From Octopus bimaculoides (lineage: Eukaryota): a DNA stretch of 32,365 nucleotides. The DNA is taken from contig NC_068982.1 of NCBI RefSeq assembly GCF_001194135.2, forward strand, positions 5,848,352 through 5,880,716, in the 5' to 3' direction. A program made the position numbers and the translations under genes. The notes under the pieces are model-generated. The model was given only the letters and a program-made list of their open reading frames with translations, ran no database searches and had not been told where the DNA came from. Of the stretch, positions 11,648-21,409 are shown piece by piece; position 1 is the first letter of the stretch; each line of letters starts with the position of its first letter.

Positions 11648-11880
11648 AAGGCGACGAGCTGGCAGAATCGTTAGCACGCCGGGCGAAATGCTTAACAGTA
11701 TTTCGTCTGCCATTACGTTCTGAGTTCAAATTCCGCCGAGGTCGACTTTGTCTTTCATCCTTTCGCGGTCGATAAATTAAGTACCACTTATGCACTGGGA
11801 TCGATGTAATTGACTTAATCCCTTTGCCTGTCCTTGCTTGTCCCCTCTCTGTTTAGCCCCTTGTGGGTAATAAAGAAATA
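11648..11880 (+). mobile_element. SINE family 1 variant with a Tx1-like 3' tail (intron 2)
   Basis: Family-1 head and core, but ending TTGTCCCCTCTCTGTTTAGCCCCTTGTGGGTAATAAAGAAATA, similar to the LINE end at 9430-9476. Confidence 0.75.
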
Positions 11881-12078
11881 AGAAACATTAAAACGCCAGG
11901 CGAAATGCTTAGCTGTATTTCATCTTTCTTTACGTCTGTGTTCAAATTCCGCCGAGGTCGACTTTGCTTTGCATCCTTTCGGAGTCGATAAATTAAGTAC
12001 CAGTTGTGTACTGAGGTCGATCTAATCGATTGCCCCCCTCCCCAAAAATTTCGGGCCTTGTGTTTAGAGTAGAAAAGT
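11881..12078 (+). mobile_element. SINE family 1 copy lacking the first ~17 nt (intron 2)
   Basis: Starts at the AGAAAC position of the consensus, directly after the previous element's tail. Confidence 0.8.
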
Positions 12079-12174
12079 ATGTTTTATTAATTCTTATTAA
12101 TCATGGTTAATATTTTATCAATTCTTTGTATTGAAAATTAATTTTTCAAAACTATTTTTTTTTTATCTTATTAG

Positions 12175-12270
12175 GCAAAAAGATTTAATGAAACCGAATT
12201 ACTAAAAGATCTTCGCAACTTAACCGTTCTAAATCGTTCAGAAATTCCCGAAAAAAGACGATATCGAGGG
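12175..12270 (+). CDS. Exon 3 (96 nt, phase 0-0) of putative helical cytokine (A-B loop)
   Basis: Acceptor tttttttttatcttattAG at 12173-12174; frame AKRFNETELLKDLRNLTVLNRSEIPEKRRYRG; consensus donor GGG|GTAAGT at 12271. Confidence 0.87.
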
Positions 12271-12707
12271 GTAAGTTGTAACTGTTTACCTATATAATAC
12301 ACACGTAGATTTAATTCTCAACAGCCACACTTACCATTTCTCTCACACTGCTTCGATACATGCATACATGCCTACCAGTAAACACATGCAGTTTAGGGTG
12401 GCACCGCTAAGCAGTGATGTGTGTAAATTCAAACTTGCTCCTAGTTCAAATATTCAAACTCGTATGAAAGCAATTCACTGTATTTTGTCATGGAGAAAAT
12501 TTCTCGCTCTTGAAAAATAGGTACAAATGCATCGAGTCAGGTCACAGCTCTCCCTAACTAGGCTGTTGGATACATGTATTTCGAAGTGGTTACCTCATCT
12601 TCAGCAAAAAATGCCAGACAAATGATTGATTGCTTTATATTAAACAGTCATGTATACTCTATAGCTTACGTGAGGTATATAGGTGTGCTCTTAGTATTTA
12701 GTGACAC

Positions 12708-12897
12708 AGGGCAACAAGTTGCTAGAATCGTTTGCACGTTGGGCAAAATGTGCTTTGTGGAGTTCAAATTCCGTTGAAATCACTATGCTTTTCATCCCTC
12801 TCAAGGTTAATATAACAAGTACCAGTTGTGCACTGGGATCGATGTGCACCTACACCCCGCAATTGCTGGCCTTGTGCCTAAATTTGAAACCAATATT
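12708..12897 (+). mobile_element. Old SINE family 1 copy (intron 3)
   Basis: Diverged match including GAGTTCAAATTCC and AAGTACCAGTTG. Confidence 0.65.
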
Positions 12898-13029
12898 CAG
12901 TAACAGGAATTTAATGGCTTGATTGAAATAAATTGGTTTGAAAATGAAACAGAAACCTGACCCTCGACTGCAATCGTTCGGGGATAAATTTTTACCCTAC
13001 GACAGCCATTCTCTAAATGTTCTAATAAT

Positions 13030-13235
13030 CCTTTCTACAAGGCCTGAAATTTATGGAGAGGGGACTAGTCTTTTACATCGACTCCAGTGATCAACTGGTA
13101 CTTGGTTTATCGATCCCGAAAAGATGAAAGGCAAAGTCAACCGCAACGGAATTTGAACTCAAAACGTAGTGACGGGCGAATTATCGCCAAGCATTTCGTC
13201 GAGCGTGCTAACGATTCTGCCAGCTCGCCACCTTC
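13030..13235 (-). mobile_element. SINE family 1 copy with 17-bp TSD (intron 3)
   Basis: Consensus match; CTAAATGTTCTAATAAT at 13013-13029 and 13236-13252. Confidence 0.9.
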
Positions 13236-13321
13236 CTAAATGTTCTAATAATATAATTTTTAAGGTGTTTATAAATTAAGTCGTTTATATATATATATAT
13301 ATATATATATTCTTTTTTCAG

Positions 13322-13687
13322 TATTTACAAAATATCAGTACGCAACGATACAGCGATCATTATAATGACCTGTCAAAAGTAGCTGTTGTTCTGGAACAAG
13401 TACATAAAGATGAAAACGAGGAAGAAATGAAAAACATCTTAGATGATCTAACGAATGATAACTTTTCTATGCAATGTGAACTTTATCAAATGATGTGGAT
13501 TTTTAACCTTGCAACCTTCGATGCAATCGACCGTTCTTTTATGCCAAGAAACCTACGTGAAATGGGAAGTACGTTTAAACGTTACAAAAGAGACTTTGTT
13601 TTCATAACTGAATACGAGAACATCTTGCAAGAGCACTATTCTACATACTACTCTATTAAACATCAAAAGAATCTGCAAGAGACATAA
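13322..13687 (+). CDS. Exon 4 (terminal coding exon) of putative helical cytokine (predicted helices B, C, D)
   Basis: Acceptor ttcttttttcAG at 13320-13321; 121 codons YLQNIST...VAVVLEQVHKDE...SMQCELYQM...KRYKRDFVFITEYENILQ...QET then TAA. Includes ORF-track ORF 13427-13687 in the same frame. Total spliced CDS is 708 nt (235 aa plus stop). Confidence 0.9.
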   Translation, partial: YLQNISTQRYSDHYNDLSKVAVVLEQVHKDENEEEMKNILDDLTNDNFSMQCELYQMMWIFNLATFDAIDRSFMPRNLREMGSTFKRYKRDFVFITEYENILQEHYSTYYSIKHQKNLQET

Positions 13688-13769
13688 ATTTGAAACATCC
13701 ATTTCAAATGAACAGAGAGATTGATTACGTATTTGCAATTATAAAATAATCATTTTTATATATGTAAGC

Positions 13770-13870
13770 GTATACATACATACATATACATACATACATA
13801 CATATATACATACATACATACATACATACATACATACATACATACATACATACGTACATACATACATGCG
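13770..13870. repeat. (CATA)n in the predicted 3' UTR
   Basis: Direct inspection. Confidence 0.95.
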
Positions 13871-14072
13871 TACGTAATGTTTTCTTTCTCATTTTCGTTT
13901 GGAGCAAATTTTAACTGGCCACCAACTTGGGAGCATCATCTATTAAATCTTAGAAGGTCTTGCAGATTTTTATAGATCCAGATATCGCGATCATTTGTAG
14001 TGTGTGGATTAAAGATTTGCCTTCTCTCCCCAAGAACACAAGTCCAGCTATACTTTGCTCTAGATGTCTGTA

Positions 14073-14131
14073 TGCATGGATGGACGGATGGATGGATGGA
14101 CCGATGGATGGATAGACGGATGGATGGATGG
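14073..14131. repeat. (GGAT)n microsatellite
   Basis: Direct inspection. Confidence 0.9.
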
Positions 14132-14573
14132 AAGATCAGATATTTTATATATATCTTGCTATTATTTATTATATTGGGCCTTGTGCCTGTAGAAAGAATA
14201 ATTATTTATTATATTTTTGTTACAATTTTGGAGATTTGAGTTTTCACTCACTTTCCTTTATTTGATAAAATTCAACAAGATCTGAGAAATTTACTAAACT
14301 ACCTTGCTTCCTCACTAATCAAGTCCATGTGACGTGATAAAAGATGGACATATTATACGAAAAACAAAGTCATGCATTGCATTATTTAAAAAATTTGAAG
14401 AAAAAATTGTTTAAGGAAATCAATTATTTTGTTACAAATATACCCTTTATTTATTCATATTTAACTAATTTATAATTAATCTAATAATATCATCGATTAC
14501 TGGGTCAGAGGGCATTTTTATGTGTGCAACAACGCCTGTTAGAATAGTTTTGATGTTGCTCAGAAGAAATCTA

Positions 14574-14960
14574 CGAGGGTGGGCTGCGAAGTTCAAAGGT
14601 TGACTATGAAGGAGTGACACTAGAGCTGTGAAATATTGCATGCATTGGCTTTATCCCTTCTTATAAATAATGCGTCGTTTCTTTTTAGGGTAAACTGACA
14701 TCTGACTGTTCAAAGGAGACTTCAAAAGTAACTAATAGCAACAGCAGATATGATGTCATCATCACTGCGATACTTGTTCCCAGAGAGGGCCAACCGTTGA
14801 AACTGAGGACTTGTGTGCTGGAGCATTGTCCTGATGAAACAAGACCACCCCCTATCGTCAGTTTTTCCAAGGCGTTTGGTCTTGTTAGCCTTTCGTAACT
14901 GCCTCAGCAAGTTAACATAGTACTCTCTATTGATGGTGTAGTCCTTTTGAAGTCAATAAT
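14574..14960 (-). mobile_element. mariner transposase fragment with terminal inverted repeat
   Basis: TA|CGAGGGTGGGCTG.GAAGTT end at 14572-14595. - strand TINREYYVNLLRQLRKA..KR.GK / VLFHQDNAPAHKS, deleted directly to GNKYRSDDDIISAV; runs toward the gap at 14982. Confidence 0.8.
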
Positions 14961-15158
14961 TGTAGTGTTAGGGTAAAATTTNNNNNNNNNNNNNNNNNNN
15001 NNNNNNNNNNNNNNNNNNNNNNNNNNNNNNNNNNNNNNNNNNNNNNNNNNNNNNNNNNNNNNNNNNNNNNNNNNNNNNNNNNNNNNNNNNNNNNNNNNNN
15101 NNNNNNNNNNNNNNNNNNNNNNNNNNNNNNNNNNNNNNNNNNNNNNNNNNNNNNNNNN

Positions 15159-15485
15159 CGATTACCAGACCGGGCGTTGTGAGTGTTTATTGAGCGAAAA
15201 CAGCTAAAGCTCCACGTGGTTCTGGCAGAGGGGTGGTGGGGGCGAACTCTACTGTACTCTTTCACCACAACTTTCTCTCACTCTACCTGTTTTTGTCTTA
15301 CCTGCATTTCAAAGGGCCAGCTTTGTCACACTCTGTGTCACGCTGAATCTCCCCCGAGAACTACGTTAAGGGGTACACGTGTCTGTGGAGTGCTCAGCCA
15401 CTTGCACATTAATTTCACGTGCAGGCTGTTCCGTTGATCGGATCAACTGGAACCCTCGTCGTCGTAACCGACGGAGTGCCACGAT
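15159..15485 (+). mobile_element. SINE family 2 copy (5' end in gap)
   Basis: Colinear with 27485-27806. Confidence 0.85.
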
Positions 15486-15601
15486 ATTGGAAACGATGAA
15501 TACTGAAAGGAAACGTTTGATTTCATGTGATCTTTTATCATTTTTAATTTATTAATATTTAAAATCTTCATTACATATAACTTTTATTATTTATTGACAT
15601 T

Positions 15602-15778
15602 AAGGTGACGAGCTAGCAGAATCGTTACCGTGCCGGACAAAATGCTTAGTAGCATTTCATCTGTCTTTACATTCTGAGTTCAAATGCCGTCTTTCATTCT
15701 TTTGAAGTCGATAAAATAAGTGCCAGTTACCCACTCCTCTGAAATTACTGGCCTTAATGCCTAAATCTTAAACCAATA
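15602..15778 (+). mobile_element. SINE family 1 copy inside the 42-bp minisatellite
   Basis: Consensus match with deletions. Confidence 0.75.
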
Positions 15779-16047
15779 TTATTCATTAATATTTAAATTT
15801 TTCATTACATATAATTTATATCATTTATTAATATTTAAATTTTTCATTACATATAATTTACATTATTTATTAATATTTAAATTTTTCATTACATATAATC
15901 TGTATTATTTATTAATATTTAAACTTTTCATTACATATAATTTATATCATTTATTAATATTTAAATTTTTCATAACATATAATCTGTATTATTTATTAAT
16001 ATTTAAATTTTTCATTACATATAATTTATATTATTCATTAATATTCT

Positions 16048-16256
16048 AAGGCGGCGAGCTGGCGGAAACGTTAGCACTCCGGACGAAATACTTAGCAGTA
16101 TTTCGTCTTTATGTTCTGAGTTCAAATTCCGCCGTGGTCGACTTTGTCTTTCATCCTTTCGGGGTCAATAAATCAAGTACCAGTTGCGTACTGAGGTCGA
16201 TCTAATCGACTGACCCGATCCCCCAAAACTTCGGGCCTTGTGCTTGAGTAGGAAAG
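16048..16256 (+). mobile_element. SINE family 1 copy inside the 42-bp minisatellite
   Basis: Near-consensus; flanked by ATTATTCATTAATATT (16030-16045 and 16257-16272). Confidence 0.85.
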
Positions 16257-16679
16257 ATTATTCATTAATATTTAAATTTCTCATTACATATTTATTTATA
16301 TAAAAATTTTTCATTACATATAATCAATGTTATTTATTTATATTTGAAATCCTCATTACATATATTCTTTATCAGTGTTCAAAATCTTCATTACATATAA
16401 TGAATATTATTTATAATCTATATTTTTATATATCGTAAATAAAATTTCTTATTTAAATTCATTGCTCAGTTTTTATAGTAATTTTTTTTCTCGAAGGAGA
16501 GTCCGACTGACACCTCAATTTGAGTAAACAAAAACAAATATAGAATTAATAAAAAAATAAAACAAAAATATCCAATTGATTTTCGTTAATAATCTTTTTT
16601 TATAAATTTTTTAACGTTGATATTAATCAACACTGCATCATAATACACTTTTCTGAAAGCAAACATATATATATATCTG

Positions 16680-17010
16680 ATTCTCAGCTAGGGTCCATAT
16701 AAGATTTTGTGGGGTTCTCGTAACTAGATAGTAAGTTGGGGGTCAGCAATAGTATTTTAAGGGCCCCTGAAAACACTTTGCTTTAGGTGTATGTATTGGT
16801 GTGTATTTTAAGAAACAGCTAGGTTTCTTTCACTAACATTTTACATAGTTCAACCTACACAAGTTAATGTTTGAAAAGCAAAATAGGAATTTTGAAAGAA
16901 GTTTCTATAAAACTAGTTTTTAAACATAGAATGGCTATGGGGAGGGGCCCACCAGAATAAAATAGTCATCAAAGGGATCCATAGATAAAAAATGAATGAG
17001 AACCCCCTCA
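16680..17010. mobile_element. Degenerate hAT-like MITE
   Basis: Right end TGAGAACCCC and left TTCTCAGC..GGGTCC resemble CAGGGGTTCTCAACC-type hAT ends. Confidence 0.35.
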
Positions 17011-17702
17011 TTTGAGCGAACTATTTTCACAGAGTTTACGTGCTATCATCAGCCTATGAAACCATCATAATATCGTTATTATTACAGTCTGAAAAGATAA
17101 GATTCAAGTTATTTCAGATATATTACACAATTATTATTGTTAAACTCTTTTTGTTGNNNNNNNNNNNNNNNNNNNNNNNNNNNNNNNNNNNNNNNNNNNN
17201 NNNNNNNNNNNNNNNNNNNNNNNNNNNNNNNNNNNNNNNNNNNNNNNNNNNNNNNNNNNNNNNNNNNNNNNNNNNNNNNNNNNNNNNNNNNNNNNNNNNN
17301 NNNNNNNNNNNNNNNNNNNNNNNNNNNNNNNNNNNNNNNNNNNNNNNNNNNNNNNNNNNNNNNNNNNNNNNNNNNNNNNNNNNNNNNNNNNNNNNNNNNN
17401 NNNNNNNNNNNNNNNNNNNNNNNNNNNNNNNNNNNNNNNNNNNNNNNNNNNNNNNNNNNNNNNNNNNNNNNNNNNNNNNNNNNNNNNNNNNNNNNNNNNN
17501 NNNNNNNNNNNNNNNNNNNNNNNNNNNNNNNNNNNNNNNNNNNNNNNNNNNNNNNNNNNNNNNNNNNNNNNNNNNNNNNNNNNNNNNNNNNNNNNNNNNN
17601 NNNNNNNNNNNNNNNNNNNNNNNNNNNNNNNNNNNNNNNNNNNNNNNNNNNNNNNNNNNNNNNNNNNNNNNNNNNNNNNNNNNNNNNNNNNNNNNNNNNN
17701 NN

Positions 17703-19200
17703 ATGAGACAAAACTGAACCCTCCTAGCGAGGTTTCGAATTCAACATCGAGAAAAACAATCGTATTCAAAACGTTTGTAATAAAAAAAAAAAGAAAAAAA
17801 AAAATCGACTTGGCATAAAAAGAAGCGGTCGAAAAATGTTTTAGGCCTATCTGGCAGGAAATAATGTACCTGATCAGGGACAAAAGATTTGCAATGGTAG
17901 AAGTGCGGTTCCAGGCGGAAGAAAAAGCCAGGCAACATTCAACGGCCTCCCTTAAGACCGCTGAAGTGGTTCTCCTTCCAACATACCTTGAAAGGCGCAC
18001 TTGCAAGGTAAGGCTGGGACAAATTCCACCGGAGGTCGATGTTGCCTGGCTCGAGGCAGCCATAATCTTGAGCTTGGAGGATAAAATAACTATCCTCAAA
18101 GCAACCAAAATGCACCAACAGAATTGGCAGGGGGCAGGGATTGGAGATGATAATTCATGTTGCCCCTGCCGACTTAGATGAGACTGCACACACCATAACG
18201 GTGGGAGAGGAAACGAAACTAAGCGTCATGGTGGAGGGCACAGAACCTCGCCGTTATAAGTGTGGCCAAAAAGACCATATTAGAGTAGAATACCCTCCTC
18301 CACCTCCCCCAAAAAATACCAGTGCCCCCACTAGTTGGAAAAACAGCCGCATCTCCACCTCCTGCGACGACAGAAGTGGAGAGGAGAAAAGCAATGCAGG
18401 AGAATCCTAAACCTACCAAAAGAAAAGAACCGAAAATTGAAAAGATGACCCAGGACAGAGAGTGGACTGTCGTTCCCCCACAAAAAAAAAAAGAAAGAGC
18501 CCCCTCCCTACTCCTCAGATAAACTCGCCAGGCACGGCTCTTCGTGCTCGCCCATTTGCCCAAGATGCGCGCAGAGCAGTTTNNNNNNNNNNNNNNNNNN
18601 NNNNNNNNNNNNNNNNNNNNNNNNNNNNNNNNNNNNNNNNNNNNNNNNNNNNNNNNNNNNNNNNNNNNNNNNNNNNNNNNNNNNNNNNNNNNNNNNNNNN
18701 NNNNNNNNNNNNNNNNNNNNNNNNNNNNNNNNNNNNNNNNNNNNNNNNNNNNNNNNNNNNNNNNNNNNNNNNNNNNNNNNNNNNNNNNNNNNNNNNNNNN
18801 NNNNNNNNNNNNNNNNNNNNNNTTCCGAGTCTATAATATTGTTCCACTGCCCTCTCTGAACAGGGAAGGGAAGGTTTGTTTTATCTCTATAGTGGTAGTG
18901 GCAAAAAAGGTCGTGTAGAGGACATGCATAAAAGGTTCAATGGCAGGCATTTTCATCTCCATCCTTTGTTTAGTAAACTTTTTTTTATTTCCCATCTTAA
19001 ATAAGGCTGGAGAGGAGACACTTGCCGCTCATTGTATATGAGAAAAGATGGAAGAAAGTCGCAAGCACGTTGAGAGTGAATGCGCCAGCTTAAGGGAGAA
19101 CATAAAACTCTCTTAAAGGGTTCAGTGGAGGAACGTGGTTTGTGGGGTCGCACCCGTCCCTCACTCCATCATCATTTTCCAATTTTATATATCATCATAA
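17703..19200 (+). mobile_element. Tx1/L1-like LINE: ORF1 (gag-like, decayed zinc knuckle) and ORF2 C-terminus, split by a gap
   Basis: SLKTAEVVLLPTYLERRTCKVRLGQIPPEVDVAWL and VMVEG..PRRYKCGQKDHIRVEY (CCHC with two Cys lost). After the gap: VPLPSLNREG...LVNFF..HLK...EKRWKKVA. Confidence 0.65.
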
Positions 19201-19961
19201 ATTTTTTTTCATGTCATCTCATTCAATCCCTGACCCTTTTGTCTGTTCTCTCTTTGTCTCTACCTTTATGGTAAATTAAAAAAATCAGTTATTAATCAAT
19301 TAATGAAACGATTATGACCTTAATACTGTGGAATTTATAACTTCGTTTGAGTCTATTTTACTTTTGTTGGATTTATTAGTTTAATGGTCTGTAAACTTGT
19401 TACACGAAGGGGTCACGTAAGGGCTCCCACCTGTAACAGGCTTACAAAGCACTAACGTAATGAAACCACTACGTGGACGTTCGATCTGCTAGAAAAAAAA
19501 CGGTCATATTCCTCTCAAATCACACCCTGTCTTAAATTTGAAGAGGACACATTAGACTATGTACGTCTACAAAGACATAAAAAGGTGGGAAGGTCACGGT
19601 TAGAGTGCTTATGGTTATAAGTCTGTTTGAATAGGGCTGAACTGAAACGAAACAGCCTCTTCGTTTGATTTCCTCTTTTTTACTGCTTCTTATATCTACC
19701 CATATTAACGATATGTCTTTGTAAATATCTCATATTTATGCAACTTTATAGGCTTTCTTCATAATAAATTGAACCCTTTTTTTACAAGCATATTATAATT
19801 TAGAATTCCCTATTTTCAGCTCCGTTGGAAGGTCGAAAACAGTACGACAATATATAATTGCTGTTGACAGAGGTGTGGCTGTGTGATAAGAAATTTGCTT
19901 CCCAACCACGTGATTCCGGATTCAGTCCCACATTCAGTCGTTTACCACTACCAGCACGGTC

Positions 19962-20040
19962 ACTACTACTACTACTACTACTACTACTAATACTACTACT
20001 ACTACTACCACTACTACTACTACCACTACTACTACTACTA
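19962..20040. repeat. (CTA)n microsatellite
   Basis: Direct inspection. Confidence 0.95.
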
Positions 20041-20251
20041 CAGCCAACGAATCAAATCAACGCACAAGACAGCCATTATGTCCCCACACATAAAACGCTT
20101 CCACGTGGACTCTGTTGACACCAGTAAGAAACAATTATGAACTTTTCTTTTAATTACATGTTTTAAAATATGTATTTTTGATAAGGTTCGTTTTTTCAGG
20201 AAGAACCGAAACATNNNNNNNNNNTATATATATAAATATTATATATATATA

Positions 20252-20288
<37 letters not shown>

Positions 20289-20377
20289 TATATTATATGC
20301 ATATATATCTATATGTATGGATGGATGCATGCATGTATGTAACTCTTCAAAATTAAAATCAAACATACATACATAAA

Positions 20378-20692
20378 ACTTCTATATTCAGATTATAAAT
20401 TCACATTTACACTAATGACAATTGATGCGCTTAGTGTTTGTGATTAAATGTCTAAGAGACAATCTGGATAAGTTTTCATGTTCAGAAAAAAGAAATCAAC
20501 CAACTAACTCGCACGATACAAATACAGTCTGTAAGTGGAACAATAAAAATATGCTAGACTTTTCTTAAGTTTAAAGTGTGACATTGTCTTTGCTATCTAT
20601 ATTCCAACGATGGAGGTTTCTATCTTTGTTACAAACTAGCTTCTTCCTTAGAGGAAGAATTTAAGTAATTAAAGACAGAAGAGAACAAACAT
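20378..20692 (+). mobile_element. RLE-type LINE 3' end (copy C)
   Basis: DYKFTF...QIQSVSGTIKIC*TFLKFKV* plus a 3' UTR colinear with 24590-24890 and with copies A/B. Confidence 0.7.
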
Positions 20693-20985
20693 ATATAAAT
20701 ATATAAACATACTTACATACGGGTACAGGACAACTCAACACCACCAACTAACACCGCCGACTCAATACCACCGACTCAACGCCAGGGCAACTCAACACCG
20801 CCAACTTAACACTGCCAACATCAACATCGCCGACTCAACGCCAGGAAAATTGATTAACAAATAAGTTATTTGTCTCATAACATCATCAGAAATTCATAAA
20901 AGTTTAATTTGATACATGACAAGTTCTACTTTTTTGTTTTATTCAAGCCAAGTATTAAGATTAATCTTCTATATTTATAAAATTG

Positions 20986-20987
<2 letters not shown>

Positions 20988-21037
<50 letters not shown>

Positions 21038-21090
21038 AGTGTATCTGTGTGTCAGTGTGTCTGTGTGTCAGTGTGTCTGTGTGTGCGTAG
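20988..21090. repeat. (GT)n microsatellite inside the foldback element
   Basis: Direct inspection. Confidence 0.95.
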
Positions 21091-21409
21091 ACATTCATGT
21101 TTTTTATAGAAATCCACATTCAATGTCAGATTGACCTCAGATTTTATACACATACTCCATAAGGTCAGAGCTAGGTCATGGCGAAGAAATCACCCCCGTG
21201 ACCTGCATGCATGATCGGGGGCATACACATAAAGTGACCTTATGCACACATGTGTTGCTGAACTTTTGTTCACGCCTTAATTGCTCCGCTTTACACGTTA
21301 ATGTGTTATTTGATGGGGGAGAGCAGAAAGCCTCATGCACCAACACGTTTTGCACCTCTAGCTACCCTTTTGACACATTTTTTGGCCCAATGAATGAAGC
21401 ACTTACCCT

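Larger units (their letters stand above)
15545..16405. repeat. 42-bp AT-rich minisatellite interrupted by two SINEs
   Basis: Unit ATTTATTAATATTTAAATTTTTCATTACATATAATTTATATC; TTAATATT recurs at 15786, 15828, 15870, 15912, 15954, 15996 and 16038; degenerate copies lie beyond both SINEs. Confidence 0.9.

Noticed and set aside
13427-13687. 86-aa ORF as a stand-alone single-exon gene
   Set aside because: The frame is open 105 nt further upstream to a strong acceptor at 13321; it is the terminal exon of the spliced gene.
10669-13687. Neuropeptide/prohormone precursor interpretation (KR, KRR sites)
   Set aside because: No repeated peptides or amidation-type G-K/R-R patterns; two of the dibasic sites lie inside predicted helix D, and the overall pattern fits one globular helical domain.
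17040-17717. Long ORFs spanning N runs (also 11268-11795, 14927-15268, 18462-18918, 29660-31053)
   Set aside because: Artefacts of translating assembly gaps as X.
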